Origin: an uncultured Mageeibacillus sp.
GTDB taxonomy: Bacteria; Bacillota; Clostridia; Saccharofermentanales; DTU023
DNA length: 45,645 nucleotides
NCBI GenBank assembly: GCA_964346085.1
Contig: CAYFSZ010000003.1
Span: 1-45,645, forward strand
Reading direction: 5' to 3'
Below the pieces are notes generated by a model. That model did no database searches and had not been told where the DNA came from. It worked only from the letters and a program-made list of their open reading frames with translations. Both the position numbers and the translations under genes were made by a program. Numbering within the stretch: the first letter of the stretch is position 1; every line of letters begins with the position of its first letter. Of the stretch, positions 28,575 to 37,910 are shown one piece after another.

Positions 28575-30716
28575 CTATATTTCTTCTTTTATTAATCCTG
28601 TACATTTAAGAGAATCTATTGTGATTTCTCCATTCTCAACTTCTGTTTTCAAAATAAATTGCAAATTAACAATTTTTCTTAAATCAACTGACATTTTTTG
28701 TATTATAAAACGAATTGATTGCCAAGCCAATAAATCTTCAATCTTATAAAATTGAGTTTGATCAATTTGTCCATCTTGATCGATAATGCGGAGCGCAATT
28801 TGCTTCTCTGAATGGTCGGCATTAAAAATTTCAACATCTAAATTTGTCCAAATACTCAAATCTAAAGGAGGATAAAGGGATGCGTATCCTAAAATCGGCT
28901 CAAAAATAATATCTTGTTGATCTGCTTTTTCAAATTGAACAACCATAGATGCTACACTACTTCGTTTATTAGTAGAATCCAATTTTAAGCTGGCTTTTCC
29001 TTCCGTTATTTTCCAAAGCCAATGATATCCTGGTTTTTGTTCGATAGGCATTTCAACATCATATGGTTTGTTGACTGGTACCACCCATCCTTTGAGTCGA
29101 TCACATAACATAAAGTCAGTACGCAGAGCATTATCAGGTTGATCTGGCGACAAACGGAAAGGAACAACAGGCATTCCAAAACTTGATTTCAAGTTGGCAT
29201 ATTGATTGAAAGTTGAAAATCCATATGAGCAAGAAGTTGGGTTGGTGATTTCTGGATGCCATATTAAGGTTCGCACACCAAATAATTTATTTGCTTCTGC
29301 TGTAATATATCTTGAACTTTGATTACAAATATTGAAACCTTTTAAGCTTAAATCCCCTTCTGGTAATATTAATCCATCCCCTACATTATCAAAGCTTAAA
29401 ATCAATTTTTCTGAAATCCACTCCGCATATTTTATTTCAGGGGCAGAGATAGGAGAATTCGCTTGATAGACTAGTCCTTTTGCCAAATGAAACATTCGTT
29501 TTGCTAACTCTAGTTTTGCAATTGGATTTAACGGTCTCGCAAAAGGATGTTTGTTCTTCGCATCATAACCTAATGGTAAGTCATAGACAGTCACAAGTCC
29601 TGCTTCCAAAGAAATCTGGCGTCTAGCAATGGTTAATCGTTCATTAAAATACGCTAATGTTTTATCATCTTTTGCATCGTAAAAATATGGAGCTAATTGA
29701 CTATATATTAAAGCTGGACCTCTTTTAAAGCTATGAAATAGCTCTTTTAAAGTGTCTGTAAAATATTTAAATGCTTTTAAATAATATTTCGGATAAAACA
29801 CATCTGATTCTCCATGAGCAAGTATGATTCCTCTAATAGATAAACCTGTAAACGGAGATAATTTATGATTATACATTGCAGAAGGTTGATTTTTCTTTGT
29901 GAATTTCGGAATATATCTTGCTGCTCTTAATTGAATTTCTGTCGTCTTTGGAGTCCTCATATGCAAATCATTCCAATCATTCAAATCACGATAATGTTCA
30001 ATTCGAATTAAATGATTTTTGATGTTCTCATCTTCTTCAATAATATTTCTTGGTAGCCAACTATGAATCATTGTGTCATAAGCTGCTAAATCATAAATTG
30101 CTACAGGAAGATTCAACATCATTTGTAAATTGGCTGCAAACACGAGAGCAATTGCCGAAAAATTTGCTGCATTTTCTCTTGATACTTTATGCCATTTACC
30201 TTGTGCTATTTTTGCAGTTGGATGATATAAATAATTGTCATTATTTCCATCCAAACCATGTTCACTCATCGTAAAAAATCTTAAATATGGCAAATTAACA
30301 AATTTATCAATTTGTTTATATACATCAGTATATCGACTAGGCATCGACATATTAGACTCACCAAGTGCAAGCCAAACTTCTCCAAACATCACATGATTTA
30401 TGATGCACTGTGAATTTTCTACTTTCAAAGTAATTTTATATGAATCTTTTGAGCCTTCAAGTGCTGGTAAAACAAAGTCAAAAAATCCTCTTTGATCAGT
30501 TTCGATATCTCGATTATAAATGTTACCATATTTTATTTTTTGACTCGTCTTAACTTCTGAAGATTTTTGATTTGTTGAGGCTTCAGGAATCCGATCAACG
30601 ACTACTTGTAATTTAGCATTTGCTTTCGTTTGTCCAAAAATACGATTTGTAATTCCCTGTTGCAAAATCATATTATCTTGAAAATAGGCAGGCAATCGAA
30701 ACTTGATGTCGCTCAT
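28575..30716 (-). CDS. sialate O-acetylesterase-like (SASA/DUF303, SGNH-type) protein with a C-terminal extension
   Basis: 713 aa. The N-terminus LPAYFQDNMILQQ, the block GEVWLALGESNM (family GQSNM Ser block), ILAHGESD (family QGESN block) and a distal PVVPFRL end resemble the family from memory. No signal peptide is evident. About 190 extra C-terminal residues are present. Confidence 0.65.
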   Translation of the reverse strand: MSDIKFRLPAYFQDNMILQQGITNRIFGQTKANAKLQVVVDRIPEASTNQKSSEVKTSQKIKYGNIYNRDIETDQRGFFDFVLPALEGSKDSYKITLKVENSQCIINHVMFGEVWLALGESNMSMPSRYTDVYKQIDKFVNLPYLRFFTMSEHGLDGNNDNYLYHPTAKIAQGKWHKVSRENAANFSAIALVFAANLQMMLNLPVAIYDLAAYDTMIHSWLPRNIIEEDENIKNHLIRIEHYRDLNDWNDLHMRTPKTTEIQLRAARYIPKFTKKNQPSAMYNHKLSPFTGLSIRGIILAHGESDVFYPKYYLKAFKYFTDTLKELFHSFKRGPALIYSQLAPYFYDAKDDKTLAYFNERLTIARRQISLEAGLVTVYDLPLGYDAKNKHPFARPLNPIAKLELAKRMFHLAKGLVYQANSPISAPEIKYAEWISEKLILSFDNVGDGLILPEGDLSLKGFNICNQSSRYITAEANKLFGVRTLIWHPEITNPTSCSYGFSTFNQYANLKSSFGMPVVPFRLSPDQPDNALRTDFMLCDRLKGWVVPVNKPYDVEMPIEQKPGYHWLWKITEGKASLKLDSTNKRSSVASMVVQFEKADQQDIIFEPILGYASLYPPLDLSIWTNLDVEIFNADHSEKQIALRIIDQDGQIDQTQFYKIEDLLAWQSIRFIIQKMSVDLRKIVNLQFILKTEVENGEITIDSLKCTGLIKEEI

Positions 30717-31384
30717 ACATTACCTCCAAGTAATTCTACTGACTCTCTACAAATAACCGCATTTAATGCATCCTCTTCTGATATACCAAACGGATAAAAA
30801 GCACGAATAAACAAATCTGGTCTCAAATTATCAGAACTTCCTGCTTTGCACTTAATCCTTACAGAATTTTCGTCTATATATTGAATGGCTAATAGAAAAT
30901 CTCTAATGTTTAAATTTCGAACTTTATTTTTTCTAATTTTTTCAACCATTATCGGCTGAACAGAGTTGATATATTCTCTTTCGACAATTGTTCCGATTCT
31001 CTCCGCTTCAATCGTATAGGTTGCAGTACTAACTTGACTCATAATGTTTTTAACATTGCTGGGGAGTTTTTCGATAGATACGATCACTAAACCTCTCGGA
31101 ATATTTCGATTGATTTGGTCTAACATGACTTTCGTATCCATTTCTCCGGATAAAACTATATCAAAAGGCTCATTTCTCGTCTCAATTCCTACACCAACAG
31201 GCAAAGCAAATTCCATAATCGGACGTGGATTGTAGCCTTTTGTGTACGCCATCGGAATCTCTGCTCTTTTCAAAGTGCGCTGAAACATTCTCATCATATC
31301 AAGATGAGCAATCCATGCCGCCTCATCGGTTCTGCTATAAAATAAACGATAACGATACGTAATGTTTTTATTGTTTTCTTCCAT
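30713..31384 (-). CDS. TIGR03936/DUF2344 radical-SAM-associated protein
   Basis: The blocks YRYRLFYSRTDEAAWIAHLDMMRMFQRTLKRAEIPMAYTKGYNPRP are typical of DUF2344. I chose the ATG at 31384 (MEENNK) rather than the track start at 31441. It follows its usual rSAM partner. Confidence 0.8.
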   Translation of the reverse strand: MEENNKNITYRYRLFYSRTDEAAWIAHLDMMRMFQRTLKRAEIPMAYTKGYNPRPIMEFALPVGVGIETRNEPFDIVLSGEMDTKVMLDQINRNIPRGLVIVSIEKLPSNVKNIMSQVSTATYTIEAERIGTIVEREYINSVQPIMVEKIRKNKVRNLNIRDFLLAIQYIDENSVRIKCKAGSSDNLRPDLFIRAFYPFGISEEDALNAVICRESVELLGGNV

Positions 31385-33254
31385 GCAGCAAGCACACTCC
31401 TGTTTGATATTGCATTGAACCACAATAGTGACAATCTTCACGGCATTCTGTCGTGATTAAACCAGTTTTCGCCCGTTTAAACTCATTTCTCAAGAACTGT
31501 TTGGTCACACCTGCCATAATATGATCCCAAGGGAATACTTCTGTTTCCGATCTTTCTCTTGAGGTATAAAATTCCATTGTAAGATGATTCGCTGCCAAAG
31601 CATCTTGCCAGCGTTCAAAGGAAAATCCTTCGCTCCATGATTCTAGCCAGCCACCATTTTCCCAGACATGTTGAATAACGTCTGCGATTTTTCTGTCACC
31701 CCTTGAAATGACGCCTTGTACTAAGCTGTTCTCGAATTCATGCCAAATATACTTCACTGTTCGAATACGCAGATTATTGGCAAGTAAACTTTGTTTCTCT
31801 TTCATCTCCTCTATTCCAATTTGTGGATTCCATTGAAACGGAGTCCATGCTTTTGGAATAAAAAATGATGTACTAACATTGATTTGAGGTTTCTTTGTTT
31901 TTTGATGTTCATTCACTTCTTTATGAACATGTAGAATCTTATAAACTAAATCAGCAATCCCTAAGACATCTTGTTCTTCCTCAAAAGGTAAACCCATCAT
32001 AAAGTACAGCTTGATTGTGTGCCAGCCACCTGTAAAGGCAATACGAGCAGCCTCTAAAACTTCTTCTTCTTTAATATCTTTATTGATAATATCTCGCAAG
32101 CGCTGACTACCTGCTTCCGGAGCAAAAGTTAAACCTGTTTTTCTCGTTTGACTAACTTTATCCATCAAATCGAAACTGAATGAATCCAAACGTAAAGAAG
32201 GTAAAGATAAATTCACTTTTTGCTCTGCGCATAAATTAATTAATTCTTCGCTTAAATCTTCTAATTGCGAATAGTCCCCGGTTGATAAAGACAATAAGCC
32301 TAATTCATCATAACCAGTCGAAGAGATAATTTCCTTAGCCTGTTCAACAAGCGTAGAAACTTCTTTTTCTCGAACAGGACGATAGACCATCCCTGCTTGG
32401 CAAAAACGACAGCCTCTAGGGCATCCTCTAAACAATTCTAAATAAGCTCGATCATGAACGATTTCTGTATTGGGTACCATTGGTTTTGTTGGGAAACGAA
32501 CCCCGTCCAAGTTTCTGACAATCCTTTTTTGAATTTTACTTGGAATATTATCTTTTAATTTAACTAATTCTTTGAAAGTACCATCTTCATGATATACCGG
32601 GTCATAAAAACGAGGCACATATATCCCTTCAATTTGCGCACATCGCAAAAGAAAATCTTCACGACTTTCAGACTCACGATCCCATGTTTGATACATTTCA
32701 ATCAATTCATGATTTACTTCCTCACCATCGCCGATATTAAACAAATCAAAAAACTCTGCCAATGGCTCTGGATTATAGACAATCGGACCACCACCGAAAA
32801 CAAGAGGATCATCATTGTTTCGGTCTTTGGCTCGAATAGGTATTCCCCCTAAATCAAGCATGTCGAGAATCGTTGGAAAACTCATTTCATATTGCAAAGT
32901 AAAGGCAACAATATCAAAGTCGCTTAATCTTGTTTTTGATTCGATGGAAATCAAGGGAAAATCATTTTCCTTCATCCACTCTCTCATATCCGCAGCTGGT
33001 GAAAATGCTCTTTCGCACCATGTATCTTCTCGTTGATTAATCACATCATACAATATACGTAATGCCATATTTGACATACCGATTGTATAAACATCAGGAA
33101 AACAAAATGCGAATCTAATCATATTCGCATTTTGCTCTAAATCTTTACTTTTATCGATAACATTCCATTCATTCCCTAGATATTGCGCCGGTTTTTCAAC
33201 TCGACGTAATACAGATTTTGGATAGGAATACGTTTTTGTTTTTTTATTAGCCAT
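31368..33254 (-). CDS. TIGR03960-type B12-binding-domain radical SAM protein
   Basis: 628 aa. The N-terminus [13 protein letters not shown] and the radical-SAM cluster motif [11 protein letters not shown] are present. It is paired with DUF2344 downstream. Confidence 0.85.
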   Translation of the reverse strand: MANKKTKTYSYPKSVLRRVEKPAQYLGNEWNVIDKSKDLEQNANMIRFAFCFPDVYTIGMSNMALRILYDVINQREDTWCERAFSPAADMREWMKENDFPLISIESKTRLSDFDIVAFTLQYEMSFPTILDMLDLGGIPIRAKDRNNDDPLVFGGGPIVYNPEPLAEFFDLFNIGDGEEVNHELIEMYQTWDRESESREDFLLRCAQIEGIYVPRFYDPVYHEDGTFKELVKLKDNIPSKIQKRIVRNLDGVRFPTKPMVPNTEIVHDRAYLELFRGCPRGCRFCQAGMVYRPVREKEVSTLVEQAKEIISSTGYDELGLLSLSTGDYSQLEDLSEELINLCAEQKVNLSLPSLRLDSFSFDLMDKVSQTRKTGLTFAPEAGSQRLRDIINKDIKEEEVLEAARIAFTGGWHTIKLYFMMGLPFEEEQDVLGIADLVYKILHVHKEVNEHQKTKKPQINVSTSFFIPKAWTPFQWNPQIGIEEMKEKQSLLANNLRIRTVKYIWHEFENSLVQGVISRGDRKIADVIQHVWENGGWLESWSEGFSFERWQDALAANHLTMEFYTSRERSETEVFPWDHIMAGVTKQFLRNEFKRAKTGLITTECREDCHYCGSMQYQTGVCLLHGRKQ

Positions 33255-34575
33255 TAATTCTATTTTCTAATTCTTTTGTTAATTCTTCATAACCCGGTTT
33301 ACCAAGTAAGGCAAACATATTTTTCTTATAAGCTTCAACGCCTGGTTGATCAAATGGATTCACGCCTAATACATAGCCACTCACGCCACAAGCAAATTCG
33401 AAGAAATAGATTAAAGCACCAATATGTTTTGCATCTAAATTTTCAATTTCTAAGCGGATTGTCGGTGTGCCACCATCTTCATGTGCCAACATTGTTCCTT
33501 GTAAGGCAGTACGGTTTACTTCTTGCATTGTTTTTCCAACTAAGTAATTTAATCCATCTAAATCTTGATCATCGTGTGGAATTTCCATTTCAGTACGGGT
33601 TTTCACAACATCCAAAACGGTTTCAAACAAATGGCGATCTCCATCTTGAATAAATTGACCCATTGAATGTAAATCAGAAGTGAAGTTCACACCAGCTGGG
33701 AATAAACCTTTACCATCTTTTCCTTCACTTTCGCCATACAATTGTTTCCACCATTCATTAAAGAACATCAAGCAAGGATCATAATTGACTAAAATCTCAG
33801 TTTTATATCCACGTCTTAATAAAACATTTCTTAATCCTGCATAGCGTAAAGCTTGGTTCGTTTCCAAGTTAAATTCTAATGCTTCTTCTCTTTGAGCAGC
33901 CGCACCTGCCATCAAATCATCAATTGAGATGCCAGCAACAGCGATTGGCAATAATCCAACAGCAGTTAGAACTGAATATCTGCCACCGATATCGTCTGGA
34001 ACAATGAAACTCTCATAACCGATTTGATTGGATAATTCTTTCAAAGCACCTCTTTGTTTATCTGTTGTAACAAAGATTCTTTCTTTACTTGCGTCACCAT
34101 AACGTTTGACTAAATAATCACGTAAAATACGGAAAGCAATTGCTGGCTCAGTTGTAGTTCCTGATTTTGAAATCACATTTAAAGATACTTCTTTACCTTC
34201 TAAATAAACAAGTAAATCATGTAAATAATCACCACTAATTTGATGACCAACAAAAATAATTTCTGTTTGTTTTTCTTTGCCTGGAAATTGTGGTGTTAAA
34301 GCATCGATAACAGCTCTTGCTCCCAAATAAGAACCACCGATACCAACAACTAAAAGAACATCGCTATTCGCTTTAATTTTTTCAGCAGCCACTTTGATAC
34401 GATCAAATTCTTCTTTGTCGTAATTGATTGGCAAATCTACCCAGCCAACAAAATCATTGCCTGGTCCGATTTTTTCAGTTAAATTTGTAAATCCAATTGC
34501 TAATTGTGTAGCAAGATAATCTAATTCATGTTCATTGATAAATGGTTTTAAATGTGTATCAGAAAGTTTAATCAT
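33247..34575 (-). CDS. pgi: glucose-6-phosphate isomerase
   Basis: It is of the Firmicute ~450-aa type. Blocks [33 protein letters not shown] and [11 protein letters not shown] are present. The ATG at 34575 ([12 protein letters not shown]) has an AAGGGGA SD. The track start at 34647 is an upstream extension. Confidence 0.95.
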   Translation of the reverse strand: MIKLSDTHLKPFINEHELDYLATQLAIGFTNLTEKIGPGNDFVGWVDLPINYDKEEFDRIKVAAEKIKANSDVLLVVGIGGSYLGARAVIDALTPQFPGKEKQTEIIFVGHQISGDYLHDLLVYLEGKEVSLNVISKSGTTTEPAIAFRILRDYLVKRYGDASKERIFVTTDKQRGALKELSNQIGYESFIVPDDIGGRYSVLTAVGLLPIAVAGISIDDLMAGAAAQREEALEFNLETNQALRYAGLRNVLLRRGYKTEILVNYDPCLMFFNEWWKQLYGESEGKDGKGLFPAGVNFTSDLHSMGQFIQDGDRHLFETVLDVVKTRTEMEIPHDDQDLDGLNYLVGKTMQEVNRTALQGTMLAHEDGGTPTIRLEIENLDAKHIGALIYFFEFACGVSGYVLGVNPFDQPGVEAYKKNMFALLGKPGYEELTKELENRING

Positions 34576-34613
34576 TTTATTTCCCCTTATGTTCTTATAA
34601 GAATTTTTATTTA

Positions 34614-36476
34614 TTATAAGACAGTAGTCACACTGTCGCAAATACAATCCTGTCTTTGTTCTATCAATAGTTCTGTTTCACCATGTCCGATATGCAATCC
34701 GCAATAATATTCAGACTCTTTGTCAATTGCAGATAGATATTGCATCAATTGTTGCCTAGATGGCATGACTTTTCCCGCACCTTGATAATGAATAGTTTTT
34801 TTATGTTGAAAGCCTGGTAATGCACTTAATGAAAATCCAAACTTTTCAAAACGCACTCGTTTCTGATTCCCTAGTTCAATCAAAGTAAAATTCATTTTTT
34901 TAATCATTTCTTGAGATTGCTTATCTCTTTTGTTTTGAAGACTGACAAACCAATCAGGAAATGCTTTTAATCCCTGATTTAGATAATCCACCTTTAGTAA
35001 ATCTATCGCTATTTTCCGGAAAGCATCTACATTTTGCAGATTCTTATTTCCAAGCTCATTTAACTCATACTCATTTTCATTTTTATTTGAAAGAAGAGAT
35101 TCGATAAATTCATCAAGAAACATCGCAAGCACATGGAAGCGATCTTTCTGTGAGATTTTTTGTTTAGAATACTTTTGCGAGATGAAATGATATAAATCCA
35201 TGAAAATTCGGATTGGTCTTTTTACCTGTGCAATCAAAAACTGAATAAAATAATAATAAAGACCTGAATTATAATAATCATCTACAATGGCTTCTACTTC
35301 TCTCCATAGCATCAAATCATCAGCTGACATCGCATCAGATTGCAAAATTTCATAAGGTGGAAAATTCTGGTAAATCATCCCTCTTTTGTCACATTCCAAG
35401 CGAATTGGAACATTGGGTAACACTTTCAAAAAACCCATTTGCAGCATTTCTGGATCAAGCAAAAGTAATTCATTTGCAGATTGAATTTGAGATGCTAATG
35501 TTTCACTCGGTAGCCCAGCTATCAAGTCCAAATGCACATGTATATTTCCTAAATTTTTTATAGCAACTACTTTTTCCTTAAATTGCTCTGGATGATAAGG
35601 GCGATGAATAAGTTTCAAAACTTCTGGATTTGTTGTTTGAGCTCCTATTTCGAATTGAAATAATCCTTGAGGTGAACTTTTCAGAACTTCAATTTGTTCT
35701 TGTGTAATTAGCTCAGCAGCGATTTCAAAATGAAAATTCGTTCTTGTTTTCATCTCAGTAGATTTCCCAATTAAAAATTGCCATATTTTCTTAGCTCTAC
35801 CTGCATCAGAATTAAATGTCCTGTCAATAAATTTCAATTGTCTAGGGTTATAATGCAAAATATGTTCTAATTCTTCGAACACCTCTTCTAAAGGTTTAAA
35901 TCTAGTTCGAAATGTATTAGCTGAAAGGCAATAGGAACAACGATACGCACATCCTCTGCTGCCTTCATAATACAAAATGCGATCATTTAGATTGACTAAT
36001 TCTTCATCCGAGTATGGAAATGTCCAATGTAATTCTTCTGATTCAGATATAATTTTTCTGTTAACATCATAATTGTTTTTAGAGAAAAGATAATTCACTA
36101 TCCACTCGGCTGTGACCGAATCTCCCTCGGAAGAAATAATGGCATCTAAATACGGATTACGTTGCAACAGTTCAGCGGATTGCGAAGATGCATCTGGGCC
36201 ACCCCATATAATCGCAGCATCAGAGAGAATTCTCTTCAAGTTTAAAGATAATTGCTCAATTAATTCTCGATTCCAAATATAACAAGAAAAGGCATAAACA
36301 TCTGCCCGATGGGAAATCAATTCCTCAAAAAGATTAAGCCACGTATCGTTGATCGTTTTCTCGATAAAAACAACTTCAATTTGCTTATATATCAACAATT
36401 TATTACGAATATATCGCAAAGCTAAATTGGTATGACTAAAGCTTGAGTTTAAGGCAACTAGAACTACTTTTTTCAT
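34614..36476 (-). CDS. B12-binding-domain radical SAM protein (DUF4080 type)
   Basis: The N-terminal Rossmann-like segment [23 protein letters not shown] and the radical-SAM motif CAYRCSYC are present, followed by a long helical C-terminal region. The ATG at 36476 forms an ATGA overlap with the upstream stop. Confidence 0.8.
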   Translation of the reverse strand: MKKVVLVALNSSFSHTNLALRYIRNKLLIYKQIEVVFIEKTINDTWLNLFEELISHRADVYAFSCYIWNRELIEQLSLNLKRILSDAAIIWGGPDASSQSAELLQRNPYLDAIISSEGDSVTAEWIVNYLFSKNNYDVNRKIISESEELHWTFPYSDEELVNLNDRILYYEGSRGCAYRCSYCLSANTFRTRFKPLEEVFEELEHILHYNPRQLKFIDRTFNSDAGRAKKIWQFLIGKSTEMKTRTNFHFEIAAELITQEQIEVLKSSPQGLFQFEIGAQTTNPEVLKLIHRPYHPEQFKEKVVAIKNLGNIHVHLDLIAGLPSETLASQIQSANELLLLDPEMLQMGFLKVLPNVPIRLECDKRGMIYQNFPPYEILQSDAMSADDLMLWREVEAIVDDYYNSGLYYYFIQFLIAQVKRPIRIFMDLYHFISQKYSKQKISQKDRFHVLAMFLDEFIESLLSNKNENEYELNELGNKNLQNVDAFRKIAIDLLKVDYLNQGLKAFPDWFVSLQNKRDKQSQEMIKKMNFTLIELGNQKRVRFEKFGFSLSALPGFQHKKTIHYQGAGKVMPSRQQLMQYLSAIDKESEYYCGLHIGHGETELLIEQRQDCICDSVTTVL

Positions 36477-36838
36477 GAAGTCACCCTCGTAATTAATGGT
36501 TTCACCTTGCATTGATTGTTGGCAATATCGATAATTACAACAGCAGTTCCCTCTTCAAGTTCAGAATCAGCTATTGCAGAGTAAAATGAAACTTCCCTCT
36601 TTTCTTTAAGCACGATAAATCCTGGGTCTGGTGGATAAATGGTTGTATAAACATGAGCAATCTGTCCAACAACAATTTTTTCATGCTGCTTGCTCAAAGA
36701 ACTATTATTCTTTTTTTGGTATTTCTTTAACACTAAAAGAAGTACAAAATAAGCAATTGCTAATGCAAGCGTAACTAGGATCAAAATCCATATCCATTCA
36801 AGCATTTGATTCGTACTTATTGGAAAAAGGACTTGCAT
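36473..36838 (-). CDS. small membrane protein with an NfeD-like C-terminal OB-fold
   Basis: 121 aa. One TM segment is present (WIWILILVTLALAIAYFVLLLVL). It is followed by VGQIAHVYTTIYPPDPGFIVLKEKREVSFYSAIADSELEEGTAVVIIDIANNQCKVKP, which fits the NfeD C-terminal pattern. A GAGGAGG SD lies in the 13-nt gap upstream. Confidence 0.5.
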   Translation of the reverse strand: MQVLFPISTNQMLEWIWILILVTLALAIAYFVLLLVLKKYQKKNNSSLSKQHEKIVVGQIAHVYTTIYPPDPGFIVLKEKREVSFYSAIADSELEEGTAVVIIDIANNQCKVKPLITRVTS

Positions 36839-36851
36839 TAAGCCTCCTCAA

Positions 36852-37910
36852 CTATTGATGATTAGAATAAAATTCAGTTGCTGAAGAATAGAATTGCTCT
36901 TGAACAACTTCTTTTTTGACAAAACCTAGATCATCCATCTTTAATAACCCATTTGATAAAGCTTCCTCTCGCAACTCGGCATAAAATTCCGCATCTGCCG
37001 CGCTATGATAGGCCTTTACTAGAGGTAATGTAAAGAAAGATAAAGGGAAAATCAGCAAGGCTAAGAAATACCAACCAATAAAAGAAAGATCAAGTAAAAA
37101 CCAGTTTCCTTTCTTCCCTTTCACCATTTTTTTCGATAATTGTAAGGCACTTCGATAATGTAAATTAGGATTATCTGCAAGCAACCATTCTGCTGGTCGA
37201 TAACTATATCTCTTGATGACTGAGACAATCGAAAAGATTGTATAAATAATGAAAATAAGGCCTAGTAGCCAAATGTATGGCAAAATGCTATTAATGAAAT
37301 GATCCCAAAATAGTTGCTCAAATTGCATTGAATATAAATTCTCTCTTGTAAAAGCAAGTAAACCAAAAGCAAATCGATAGAAAATTACAATCATTAACAA
37401 TTGGACTAATAGAACAGGTAGAATCCATATAAATTGCCATAAATCTCTCCAGGACATTCCTCGGAAAATTCCACCATAATTTTTTCGTTTCAAATTATGA
37501 AACATTGTAGAAAAAGGAATTTGCCCATTTGTTTCTCTATTTCTCAAAAAAAATAATGCAACACCTGAATCAAGATGATTTAAAAATACTATTCTAACAA
37601 TTGAAACCATCACCAATTGCAGCAAAGCAATGATTAAGACAACAATTGAAAATCTTAGAAGAATTTCAATGAAATTAAACATCTCAACTTCATCAATCAC
37701 ATAAATTCGATTCACTAAGCTTATAATGCTTGTCACTGCAGCACCCATAAATACTAAATAGAAAAAAATCGAAATAATTTGTTGAATGAAATTTGAGATA
37801 AAACCCTTAGTCAAAATCATCCCATAAGCATTACCGAATCCATTTTTCAAAGCATTTTTAGCTCTTTGCTTTAATTCACCACAAGAAGACATGAAACTAT
37901 TTCCTTTCAT
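36852..37910 (-). CDS. DUF975-family polytopic membrane protein
   Basis: 352 aa. The N-terminus ELKQRAKNALKNGFG is typical of DUF975, and there are multiple hydrophobic spans. The ATG at 37910 overlaps the clpE stop as ATGA. An alternative ATG at 37892 (MSSCGEL) has an AAAGGAA SD. Confidence 0.65.
   Translation of the reverse strand: MKGNSFMSSCGELKQRAKNALKNGFGNAYGMILTKGFISNFIQQIISIFFYLVFMGAAVTSIISLVNRIYVIDEVEMFNFIEILLRFSIVVLIIALLQLVMVSIVRIVFLNHLDSGVALFFLRNRETNGQIPFSTMFHNLKRKNYGGIFRGMSWRDLWQFIWILPVLLVQLLMIVIFYRFAFGLLAFTRENLYSMQFEQLFWDHFINSILPYIWLLGLIFIIYTIFSIVSVIKRYSYRPAEWLLADNPNLHYRSALQLSKKMVKGKKGNWFLLDLSFIGWYFLALLIFPLSFFTLPLVKAYHSAADAEFYAELREEALSNGLLKMDDLGFVKKEVVQEQFYSSATEFYSNHQ

Noticed and set aside
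34592-34603. A perfect 12-bp palindrome, TTCTTATAAGAA, between the DUF4080 rSAM stop and the pgi SD. I considered it as a cre site or operator.
   Set aside because: It does not match the cre consensus (there is no central CG core). It is short and AT-only, so it is likely to occur by chance in this composition. I noted it but cannot support it as a site.
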